A stretch of 32,000 nt of DNA, taken from positions 90,001 to 122,000 of the forward strand of contig JBAZYK010000002.1 of assembly GCA_041659405.1 (NCBI GenBank). The letters run 5' to 3'. Origin of the DNA: Candidatus Altimarinota bacterium. GTDB taxonomy: Bacteria; Patescibacteriota; Gracilibacteria; UBA1369. Of the stretch, positions 1-8,180 are shown piece by piece (position 1 is the stretch's first letter; each line of letters starts with the position of its first letter). The position numbers were made by a program, and so were the translations under genes. A model generated the notes under the pieces. That model was not told the origin of the DNA. It saw only the letters and a list, made by a program, of their open reading frames with translations, and made no database searches.

Positions 1-593
<593 letters not shown>

Positions 594-749
594 AATTCAA
601 CCCTAAGGTTGAAAATAGCAAAGAAATTTGAATTCTTGCTTGCTTTGATTCTGGCGAACCAAAGACTTAATTTTTAATTTAGTACGACATTTGCTTTCCG
701 GGGAGGAAAACAAATGCAATTACGCATGACTTCTCTATTACATCCTGAA

Positions 750-761
750 TGTTAAAGAACA
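750..761 (-). promoter_or_regulatory. boxA-like antitermination element in the rRNA leader
   Basis: The minus strand reads TGTTCTTTAACA, one mismatch from the classical rrn boxA core TGCTCTTTAACA. It lies between the predicted promoter and the 16S 5' end, and a small hairpin (TGCT-CACA-AGCA) precedes it. Confidence 0.55.
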
Positions 762-806
762 AACCAAATGCTTGTGAGCACATAAAACATACTCGAAAGC
801 AGGACA

Positions 807-835
807 ATTTTAGTGAATGGGGTCGACGAAGTCAA
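807..835 (-). promoter_or_regulatory. sigma70-type promoter for the 16S rRNA gene
   Basis: The minus strand reads TTGACT, a 17-nt spacer, then TAAAAT. An A/T-rich tract lies upstream (UP-element-like). The leader to the 16S 5' end would be about 200 nt. Confidence 0.55.
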
Positions 836-1122
836 GAAGATTTTTACAATTTCTTTATGGCGAACCGATTAAACCAATTTTAACGCAGCAGTTAACTATT
901 ACACAGCCCCCTGTTCAACCCTAAATCTCTGTTTTAAACCATAAAAAAAATTTTATTTCTCTAATAATTTTAAAACTTCACACTTAAATAAAGTCCCCAT
1001 TTTTAAAAGTTTAGAAGGAATTTAGAGTTTATAAAACTTTGAAAAACCATAAACCTCTCAACAGGCACAACATTTCACATGAACATGTCAAGGAACTTGC
1101 TCATCTCAAAGCCAATAAAATA

Positions 1123-1131
1123 TGGTACAAT
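1123..1131 (+). promoter_or_regulatory. possible extended -10 promoter element for clpP
   Basis: TGgTACAAT lies 37 nt upstream of the preferred clpP ATG. No good -35 hexamer is present. Confidence 0.3.
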
Positions 1132-1167
1132 ATCTCAGACAAAAATAAATTTTTCACTTTAAACAAT

Positions 1168-1818
1168 ATGCAATTTCAACAAGGCCAGACCCAAGGAGGA
1201 CAAGCTCAACCAATCAGTAACAATATTCTTATTCCTACAGTAATAGAGAAAACCAGTATGGGCGAACGAGCTTATGACATTTATTCTCGTCTTTTAAAGG
1301 ATCGCATCATTTTTTTGGGCACCGCTATTAATGATGCTGTCGCAAACACAATCATTGCCCAGCTTTTATTTTTGGAGAGTGAAAATCCTAAAAAGGACAT
1401 CACCATATATATTCAAAGTCCGGGCGGACACGTAACTGCGGGACTTGCGATTTACGACACCATGCAACACATCCAACCGGAAGTTTCAACCGTTTGCGTT
1501 GGCATGGCTGCTTCAATGGGCGCGATTATATTGGCCGGAGGAGCAAAAGGTAAACGTTTTTGTTTACCAAATGCAGAAGTTATGATTCATCAACCTCTTG
1601 GTGGAACCGAAGGTCAAGCGAGCGACATCTTCATTCATGCAACTCATATTATCAACACTAAAGACCGCCTTAACAAAATTTTAGCTGAACATACCGGTCA
1701 ACCACTAAAAGTCATTGAAAAAGACACCGACCGCGATAACTTTATGTCTGCCGACGATGCCATGAAGTACGGATTGGTTGATAAGGTCATCAAAAAAAGA
1801 CCGGCAACCTCAAACTAA
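1168..1818 (+). CDS. clpP: ATP-dependent Clp protease proteolytic subunit
   Basis: [19 protein letters not shown], the catalytic Ser context GMAASMG, IHQPLGG and DTDRDNFM are all classical ClpP blocks. The ORF is open from TTG 1039. The ATG at 1168 gives a normal-length protein with a short N-terminal propeptide. Confidence 0.93.
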   Translation: MQFQQGQTQGGQAQPISNNILIPTVIEKTSMGERAYDIYSRLLKDRIIFLGTAINDAVANTIIAQLLFLESENPKKDITIYIQSPGGHVTAGLAIYDTMQHIQPEVSTVCVGMAASMGAIILAGGAKGKRFCLPNAEVMIHQPLGGTEGQASDIFIHATHIINTKDRLNKILAEHTGQPLKVIEKDTDRDNFMSADDAMKYGLVDKVIKKRPATSN

Positions 1819-1858
1819 TCTTACATAAATAAAAACATAAGGCTTAGCTCTTAACAGA

Positions 1859-2827
1859 CTAGGCCTTTATTTTTTGCTTCTTTTCTTTTGAAGCCAAATG
1901 ACTCTTGGCAAATTCAATGGCATATTCCACAAATTTTTTGCCAACATCCACTTGAGTTGCCTCCACTAAACCAATAAAACCGGGATTGGAATTAACTTCC
2001 ATAACCAACGGACCATTTTTGGAACGAAGCAGATCCACCCCGGCAACTTGCAATCCCAAAGCCTTAACAGCCCTTAGGACAATCTCCTTTTCTTCACTGG
2101 TTAATTCAAATTTTTGAGCTTGACCACCAAGGTGCAAATTTGAACGGAAATCACCACTTTTGGCTTGACGCTGCATAGATGCCACAACTTCATTATTAAT
2201 TACAAAAGCCCGATAATCCGAGCCATTAGCCTCTTCTACAAATTCCTGCATCAAAAAAAGCGGTGTTTTTGTACTTTCTCCAAGTAAATCCAAAGAAGAA
2301 TATAACGAACGAGAACTTTCAACAATTACAACTCCACAGCCATAAGAACCAAATGCGGATTTCAAGATTAAAGGATATCCACCCAAAACTTTAACCGCAG
2401 CATCAACATATTCAAATTGACGCACCACGACCGTTTTTGGTACCGGAATCGCCTTCTCGGTTAGAAGTTGAATTGTGCGAAGTTTATTTTTAGCCCTTAC
2501 GGTAGGCAAATAACCATTAACAACCGGGATATCCATTAATTGAAACTGTTTTAATATGGAAAGTTCCATATCCAAACGCCCTGCCAGGTCTACTCTGGGA
2601 ATCAAAACATCACATGGTTCAATCGGTTTATTTTTTTCCAATAGCAAAGTTTTTTCACCATCAAAAAAGATCTGACACTCATCAGCTTTATAAAGTTTAG
2701 GGTTATGGCCAAGCTCTTCCACTTTTTCATATAGAATATCAGCCTCATTTCTGGAACGACGCCCTCCAGCATTTTTGGCTATAAACCCCGAAAAATCTAA
2801 AATTCCAATCGTGAGTTTCTTTTTCAT
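1859..2827 (-). CDS. RimK-family ATP-grasp ligase (paralogue A, downstream gene of the pair)
   Basis: ATP-grasp/RimK blocks are present: LGGYPLILKSAFGSYGCGVVIVES, DYRAFVI, GDFRSNLHLGG, AGVDLL...GPLVMEVNSNPG. Its ATG overlaps the stop of the upstream paralogue (ATGA at 2824-2827). Confidence 0.85.
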   Translation of the reverse strand: MKKKLTIGILDFSGFIAKNAGGRRSRNEADILYEKVEELGHNPKLYKADECQIFFDGEKTLLLEKNKPIEPCDVLIPRVDLAGRLDMELSILKQFQLMDIPVVNGYLPTVRAKNKLRTIQLLTEKAIPVPKTVVVRQFEYVDAAVKVLGGYPLILKSAFGSYGCGVVIVESSRSLYSSLDLLGESTKTPLFLMQEFVEEANGSDYRAFVINNEVVASMQRQAKSGDFRSNLHLGGQAQKFELTSEEKEIVLRAVKALGLQVAGVDLLRSKNGPLVMEVNSNPGFIGLVEATQVDVGKKFVEYAIEFAKSHLASKEKKQKIKA

Positions 2828-3786
2828 GATTTTTTCACAAGAGATAAAGCATATTTAATCAGTTCAGTAGGTACATCCACTCCGCTTGCCTTACCAATAC
2901 CGACCAGACCCGCACAAGGATTTAGTTCCATCACAAGAGGTCCGTTTTTCGTTCTCAAAATATCTACACCACAAGAATCCAACCCCATAGCTCTAGCAGC
3001 AGAAATAGCCATTTTTTCTTCTTCTTTGGTTAAACGCGCTGCTGTAGCCTTGCCTCCTAAATTCAAATTTGAACGGAAATCACCAAAAGCCGCGACACGT
3101 TTCATTGAAGCCACAACCTTATTACCAATCACAAAAGCCCTATAATCAGCATTTTCCGAATCAGCAATATATTCCTGAATGAGCATTAAACTACTACTAC
3201 TATATTTCCAAAGAATATCCAAAGCCGAATAAAGAGAACGACGACTTTCTATAATTGCTACCCCTTTCCCATGCGTCCCAAAAACCGTTTTTAAAATCAC
3301 CGGATATCCGCCTAACATTTTGAGCGAATCATCCAAATATTCAAAACGACGCACCACAACTGTTTTTGGCACACGAATCCCCGCCTTGGTTAATATTTGC
3401 AAAACCCTTAACTTATTTAACGCCTGAGAAATGGCAAAATAGCTGTTTACGACCGGAATTCCCTTTAATTCAAACTGTTTGATCACGGAAATCTCCAGGT
3501 CAATATTGCTAACAACGTTAATCCTGGGAATCACCACATCACAGCCTTTTACCAATTTTCCCTTATATAGGATCTCCGGACGATCATAATCAAACAGAAG
3601 CTGACAATGTTCCGGATAATAAATTATCGGCTGATGCCCAAGCTTTTTTATGGCACTTGAAAGCAGCGCATAACCCTTTAAAGATGGTTTATAAATTTCA
3701 CTTTTGGCTCTGCTCATATTGATGCTGCTTCGTTCCGCATTTTGTATATTGCAAAAATCCAAAATTCCTACGCGAATTTTACTCAT
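2824..3786 (-). CDS. RimK-family ATP-grasp ligase (paralogue B, upstream gene of the pair)
   Basis: LGGYPVILKTVFGTHGKGVAIIES, DYRAFVI, GDFRSNLNLGG, CGVDIL...GPLVMELNPCAG. It is collinear with paralogue A over its full length. The ORF is open to 3843, but the ATG at 3786 (MSKIRVGILDF) aligns with the start of paralogue A (KLTIGILDF). Confidence 0.85.
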   Translation of the reverse strand: MSKIRVGILDFCNIQNAERSSINMSRAKSEIYKPSLKGYALLSSAIKKLGHQPIIYYPEHCQLLFDYDRPEILYKGKLVKGCDVVIPRINVVSNIDLEISVIKQFELKGIPVVNSYFAISQALNKLRVLQILTKAGIRVPKTVVVRRFEYLDDSLKMLGGYPVILKTVFGTHGKGVAIIESRRSLYSALDILWKYSSSSLMLIQEYIADSENADYRAFVIGNKVVASMKRVAAFGDFRSNLNLGGKATAARLTKEEEKMAISAARAMGLDSCGVDILRTKNGPLVMELNPCAGLVGIGKASGVDVPTELIKYALSLVKKS

Positions 3787-3815
3787 CAAATGAACTTGGT
3801 TAAAAGAACGCGAAA

Positions 3816-3843
3816 ATAATAAACAAAAAACAGATAAAAGCAA
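3816..3843 (-). promoter_or_regulatory. candidate promoter for the ATP-grasp pair
   Basis: The minus strand reads TTGCTT, a 16-nt spacer, then TATTAT, about 30 nt upstream of the 3786 start. Confidence 0.35.
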
Positions 3844-3866
3844 TCTCTAATTTCATATTTTGGGTT

Positions 3867-4937
3867 TTGAAAATAATTGATTCTGCTAGAATGGGGAAAA
3901 TTTATAGACCTAATATGAAAATTACCGTCGACAAAATCGGATCCGTTACAAAGAATGTACCGTTAAGTCATCAAGTTGAGGTCACTTCCAAAATCAAATG
4001 CGAAGAAGGCGCAATAATTGCAGTTGAGGTTATAAAAGACAAAAAAATCTATAATCAATTGGAATTAACCTCCGGACGACTTTCCACTATCCACAAGGGA
4101 GATATTCTTGTTGTAGCTTTAGGCAACAGAAGAGCTTTGAAAGGATTTGTAGGGGAAGTTCCCAAAAATCTAAAAGTTGGTGATGTCATTAATTTATTGA
4201 ATCTTGGCGGAGTAGCCGGAATCTGTACAAGCGCCAACGTCCATGAAGTTGGACTACCTTTAAAAGTAAAAGTCCTGGGAGCGGTATGCGATAAGAATAA
4301 GGATCCTTTAAATATCAAACAATTCAAACTTTTTGAAAAATCCAAAACCATCAAGTCCAAAATACCTTTAATTATAATTACCGGAACCTGCATGAACGTT
4401 GGGAAAACAACCGTTGCCTGCGAAATAGTAAAAGGAGCATGCAAAAAAGGTTTTAAAATTTATTGTGCCAAAATGGCCGGAATCGCCGCGCTAAGAGATA
4501 CTGCCAATATGCAGGACTATGGAGCTGAAAAGACAGTTAGTATGATTGATGCCGGATATACCTCAACAGCAATGAATCCTAAAGAATCTGTAGAAATCAC
4601 CAAAGGTGCCATTAACTACTTATCCAAAGATAAACCCGATTATATATTAGTTGAACTTGGAGACGGCATTATTGGAGAATATGGAGTACTGGAAAACCTT
4701 AAAGATCCCGAACTCAAGAAGAACATCACCGTACATGTTGGATGTGCCCATGACCCTGTAGGAGCCCTAAAACTCTACGAAATATGTAAAGAATTTAAAA
4801 TACCACTTCATCTGATATCCGGTCCTGTAACCGACAACAGCATTGGCACACAATTCATTCATAAAAACCTGGCCATTCCAGCAATCAATGGACTCACAAA
4901 TGGTGAAAAACTTTTCCCAAAACTTTACGAAAAATAA
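3867..4937 (+). CDS. uncharacterised P-loop protein: BioD/CobQ/DUF1611-style GTxxxxGKT Walker A with an unrecognised beta-rich N-terminal domain
   Basis: PLIIITGTCMNVGKTTVA resembles the GTDxxVGKT-type P-loop of dethiobiotin synthetase, cobyric/cobyrinic acid amidotransferases and DUF1611. DYILVELGDGIIGEYG resembles the following Walker-B-like strand (hhhVEGxG) of those families. The first 160 aa match nothing I recognise. The start is ambiguous: TTG 3867, ATG 3891 or ATG 3915. Confidence 0.6.
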   Translation: MKIIDSARMGKIYRPNMKITVDKIGSVTKNVPLSHQVEVTSKIKCEEGAIIAVEVIKDKKIYNQLELTSGRLSTIHKGDILVVALGNRRALKGFVGEVPKNLKVGDVINLLNLGGVAGICTSANVHEVGLPLKVKVLGAVCDKNKDPLNIKQFKLFEKSKTIKSKIPLIIITGTCMNVGKTTVACEIVKGACKKGFKIYCAKMAGIAALRDTANMQDYGAEKTVSMIDAGYTSTAMNPKESVEITKGAINYLSKDKPDYILVELGDGIIGEYGVLENLKDPELKKNITVHVGCAHDPVGALKLYEICKEFKIPLHLISGPVTDNSIGTQFIHKNLAIPAINGLTNGEKLFPKLYEK

Positions 4938-4978
4938 AAAATCCAATACAATACTCAAGAAAAATATCACCACTTTTT

Positions 4979-5578
4979 ATGAAAATTTCAAACAAAGCCC
5001 TGACTTGTCTTTTCGTTTTGACACTGACTTCCTTCACGGGATGTTTTAATTTTGGCGGTGGATCAACCAATCCGACCGTAACAACCAGTGATCAAACCAG
5101 AAAAATTGATGATCCAAAATATGCTTTTACGGCCATAATTCCACGAGAATGGGACATAATTGAAGCAAAAGATTTTACCAAGGATGTTCCTCAAGAAACA
5201 CAGTTAGTCCTTAGGAATAACGTCAAAAATGAAGACTTTACAGCTAACGTAAACGTTGTCCATCATGTTCTTCAGACAACCAGAGAAACGCTTGAATATG
5301 CAAAACAGGTTATTAACGCCGAAAAAACGGGACTCTACAATTATCAGGAATCAAAACGGGATACTTTCCAAATTCCCATTGCGGATAAAAAAGCCGATAC
5401 ATACGTTACTTACTTTGTAGGCGCTAAAGAGCCATCAAGCGATGTCATCACCTTTATCCAAACCTTTGCGGTAAAAGGAACTGATGCTTACATTATTACC
5501 GGATCATATTCCCCAAAAGAAAGTCAAATTAACGTAAAAGCAGTAGAAAGTATTGTAAAATCTTTCATTCTCAAATAA
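4979..5578 (+). CDS. putative secreted lipoprotein of unknown function
   Basis: The N-terminus MKISNKALTCLFVLTLTSFTGC has a hydrophobic signal and a lipobox-like FTGC, followed by a G/S/T-rich linker. The gene lies 41 nt downstream of the P-loop gene on the same strand. Confidence 0.6.
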   Translation: MKISNKALTCLFVLTLTSFTGCFNFGGGSTNPTVTTSDQTRKIDDPKYAFTAIIPREWDIIEAKDFTKDVPQETQLVLRNNVKNEDFTANVNVVHHVLQTTRETLEYAKQVINAEKTGLYNYQESKRDTFQIPIADKKADTYVTYFVGAKEPSSDVITFIQTFAVKGTDAYIITGSYSPKESQINVKAVESIVKSFILK

Positions 5579-5593
5579 TCTAGTCCAAGTTAC

Positions 5594-5680
5594 GCCGAGG
5601 TGGTGGAATTGGTAGACACGCGGGACTTAAAATCCCGTGGTAGCAATACCGTGCGGGTTCGATTCCCGCCCCCGGCACCA
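5594..5680 (+). tRNA. tRNA-Leu (anticodon UAA), class II with long variable arm, CCA encoded
   Basis: The cloverleaf folds by hand: acceptor GCCGAGG/CCCCGGC (one A-C mismatch), anticodon stem CGGGA/TCCCG with loop CTTAAAA, variable arm GGTA-GCAA-TACC, T arm GCGGG-TTCGATT-CCCGC. Confidence 0.9.
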
Positions 5681-5894
5681 AGCAAAAGACAAAACCTAAC
5701 GGTTTTTTCTTTTGGGGAACTTTTTCCCTAGATTGTTTTCGCGAAAATATTCCTCGCACTATTCGGATTTTTTCATGCTGGGGCCCACGAGACCCATCAT
5801 TCAAAAATCCTCAATCTGCTCAAAATATTTTCGCTCAGTTTTTTTATTTTTCCGAAAAATGAGCTTTTGAAAGCCATTATACCGGAGATAGCCA

Positions 5895-5924
5895 TTGACT
5901 TATTTGCATAGAATACAGTATATT
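5895..5924 (+). promoter_or_regulatory. candidate promoter for the methyltransferase gene
   Basis: TTGACT, an 18-nt spacer, then TATATT, about 27 nt upstream of ATG 5951. Confidence 0.4.
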
Positions 5925-5950
5925 GCATTCTTCTAAATTTATATTTACGA

Positions 5951-6784
5951 ATGACTACCAAAGAAGAACCAGATTTGATTGTTGAAGTCACCTCCACAGT
6001 GTTAAATGGACCACCAGGTTCCGGGGATGCAATAAGAACTGTTTTTAAAATTGTTGGAGATGCAAGGGTACAAGCAAAAAGCGCAATAATTAAACAATCA
6101 ACTTCATTTGCAAATCCAGAGGGAGCGGAACCTTTAAGTTTAAACAGCATATTGGATTTAATACCTCCTGAAAACCGTGATGAATTTTACACATACGTTC
6201 AATTTTCAACTTTTTTTGTATCATTTGATGACGACCTTGTTTCTTTAGAAATGCTAAGAAGCCTTTCCGTTATCGACTTGGGATGTGGCAATGAATATGA
6301 AGCTCAGGAACTTGCTCGGTGCGCATCTCAATCTCATCAGTTTCAACCATGGCTTTGCAGAGCATTACATGCGCTCGGTGTAGATGTAACAGGTGTTGAT
6401 TATCGTTATCCCAAAAGGGTAAATGGAAAACGCACAGAGGATTGGAAATTTTTACAGGCTAATCTAAAAGAACCTAATGCACTTTCCGGAATTGCATCAA
6501 ATTCAGCCGACATCATTTATTCAAATTCTGTTTTTCAATTTGGAGGAAATAAAGCCCCATCATTAGAAGCCTATGGTGATAAAGAAAATCAGGACATAGA
6601 AGATGAAATATTTCAGCAGGCGCTTCGTATTTTAAAACACGGCGGACGACTGAATATAGATATGAATGTTTACGAAAAAAGCTTAGCCCCAGATGGATTA
6701 TATTTTCATTTTAAATGGATTAAAGGAAAACCTTTACCAAAGGATTACTGCCATCTAGACACAGATGCGTTGATATTTGAGTAA
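5951..6784 (+). CDS. class I SAM-dependent methyltransferase-like protein with an unrecognised N-terminal region of about 100 aa
   Basis: VIDLGCGNEYEA is a motif I GxGxG-type block. VTGVDYRYP is post-I-like. IIYSNSVFQF and LRILKHGGRL are motifs II/III-like. The substrate cannot be inferred. Confidence 0.6.
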   Translation: MTTKEEPDLIVEVTSTVLNGPPGSGDAIRTVFKIVGDARVQAKSAIIKQSTSFANPEGAEPLSLNSILDLIPPENRDEFYTYVQFSTFFVSFDDDLVSLEMLRSLSVIDLGCGNEYEAQELARCASQSHQFQPWLCRALHALGVDVTGVDYRYPKRVNGKRTEDWKFLQANLKEPNALSGIASNSADIIYSNSVFQFGGNKAPSLEAYGDKENQDIEDEIFQQALRILKHGGRLNIDMNVYEKSLAPDGLYFHFKWIKGKPLPKDYCHLDTDALIFE

Positions 6785-6863
6785 CAAGCATTTTAAATTT
6801 GATCTCTTGTACTTTTAAGCTATCTTTGGTTTGAATATTTATTGATCTTAACGCTCAAGTAAT

Positions 6864-8099
6864 TTGAATTGGCCACTTCCTAAAATTCCAAAAACTTACA
6901 AACAAAACGGCACCACCAAAAAACAGTGGTTTGATTGGCGATGGCAAATTAGTAATTCCATTAAAACCGCAGATGCTCTTGAAGAATTCGCACCTGAAAT
7001 TGGCAAGAAAAAGATCACAGCAATCAAAAAAGTTCTTCAACACCGCTATCAAAATAAAAGCGATGAGATGCGATTAACGCCTTATCTTTTCTCGTTAATC
7101 GATTTTAAAAACCATCAAGATCCAGTTGCTCTGCAACATTTTCCACAGATTGAAGAAACTGAAGAGGATGATTTTACATTTGAAAAAGTTTGGGAAATAA
7201 AAAAAGATTTTCAAAAAGGAAACAGTGACGAAAACAGGTTACTCCAGCAAAAATATCCCGATATTGCGCTTTTAAGAATTTCCAATACTTGTGCTTCATT
7301 TTGCCGTTTTTGTTTTGAGAAAGAGCGCACGCTAAGGCACGATGTGGTGACAAAAATCAGCAAAACGGTTTATGAAAAAGCAATTGAGGCCATTAATGCG
7401 AATAAAAAGCTGAGACAAGTGCTTTTAAGCGGCGGAGATCCTTTGATTTTAAACGATGAACAACTGAAGCAATTATTTTTACCATTACTCAAAATCGAGC
7501 ATCTTAAAACCATTCGCATCAACACCCGAACTTTGCTTCACGATCCTTATCGCATTACCGATGAATTGGCGCAGATGCTTGGCAACCTCCAAAGAGAAAG
7601 CTGGAAATGGTGCGAAAAGGGTAAGCAAATCCAAATTGGACTGCACTTCAACCATCCTCAAGAAATCACCACAGAGGCCATTACGGCAATCCGCAAGCTG
7701 CAACGTGAAGGAATTGAGCTTTATAACCAAACTGTGCTGTTGAAGGGCATAAACGATAACCTAAAAACTTTACAGGCACTTTTTAGGCTTTTGCGAGCAG
7801 AAGGTGTTCGCTTACATTATCTTTCGCAGCCGATGGAGGTGCCAAGAACTTCACATTTTATGGTAAGTGTCGAAAAAGGGCAAAAATTGATGGAGGCTTT
7901 ACGTAAAACCAATGAATTCCGGGCACAACTCCCCTTTTATGAAATGAGCCACCACAGCGGAAAACAGCTTATTCCGACAATGATGAATAAAAATTTCAAA
8001 TCGACTACTCACAAAAAAAACGGAAAAACTCAAAAAGCTATAGGATATTTAAGTGACGTCACGGGAAAATGGGAAACGTACACTAACGGTGAAGACTGA
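6864..8099 (+). CDS. KamA-family radical SAM protein (lysine 2,3-aminomutase-like)
   Basis: WFDWRWQ N-terminal block, LTPY, CASFCRFC (CxxxCxxC), LSGGDPL, HFNHPQEIT and NQTVLLKGIND are all KamA/EpmB family signatures. A TTG start is required because the first in-frame ATG (codon 69) would delete conserved N-terminal blocks. Confidence 0.85.
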   Translation: MNWPLPKIPKTYKQNGTTKKQWFDWRWQISNSIKTADALEEFAPEIGKKKITAIKKVLQHRYQNKSDEMRLTPYLFSLIDFKNHQDPVALQHFPQIEETEEDDFTFEKVWEIKKDFQKGNSDENRLLQQKYPDIALLRISNTCASFCRFCFEKERTLRHDVVTKISKTVYEKAIEAINANKKLRQVLLSGGDPLILNDEQLKQLFLPLLKIEHLKTIRINTRTLLHDPYRITDELAQMLGNLQRESWKWCEKGKQIQIGLHFNHPQEITTEAITAIRKLQREGIELYNQTVLLKGINDNLKTLQALFRLLRAEGVRLHYLSQPMEVPRTSHFMVSVEKGQKLMEALRKTNEFRAQLPFYEMSHHSGKQLIPTMMNKNFKSTTHKKNGKTQKAIGYLSDVTGKWETYTNGED

Positions 8100-8122
8100 C
8101 AGCAAATAAAATTACGATACCA

Positions 8123-8150
8123 TTGACTAAATAGGGAAATAGTCTAAAAT
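8123..8150 (+). promoter_or_regulatory. sigma70-type promoter for the His-rich protein gene
   Basis: TTGACT, a 16-nt spacer, then TAAAAT, 30 nt upstream of ATG 8181. Confidence 0.5.
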
Positions 8151-8180
8151 ATTGGGCCGAATATCTAACTTGAAAATTAT

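Noticed and set aside
653-858. A 9-bp direct repeat TGGCGAACC at 653-661 and 850-858
   Set aside because: A 9-mer repeat within about 570 bp of intergenic DNA is roughly expected by chance (on the order of one). One copy lies in the rRNA leader and the other upstream of the promoter, with no shared context.
1819-1858. A terminator between the convergent clpP and ATP-grasp genes
   Set aside because: Only a 5-bp stem (AAGGC/GCCTT) with a loop of about 18 nt can be drawn. That is too weak to call.
5580-6150. Two minus-strand ORFs (74 aa and 117 aa) covering the tRNA-Leu and the methyltransferase 5' region
   Set aside because: One is antisense to a clearly folding tRNA, and the other is antisense to the promoter and N-terminus of a plus-strand gene. 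Neither has a recognisable motif, and both have odd composition.
5681-6784. A genomic island integrated at tRNA-Leu (methyltransferase as cargo)
   Set aside because: I found no integrase or recombinase and no direct repeat of the tRNA 3' end downstream. The composition is not obviously different from flanking genes.
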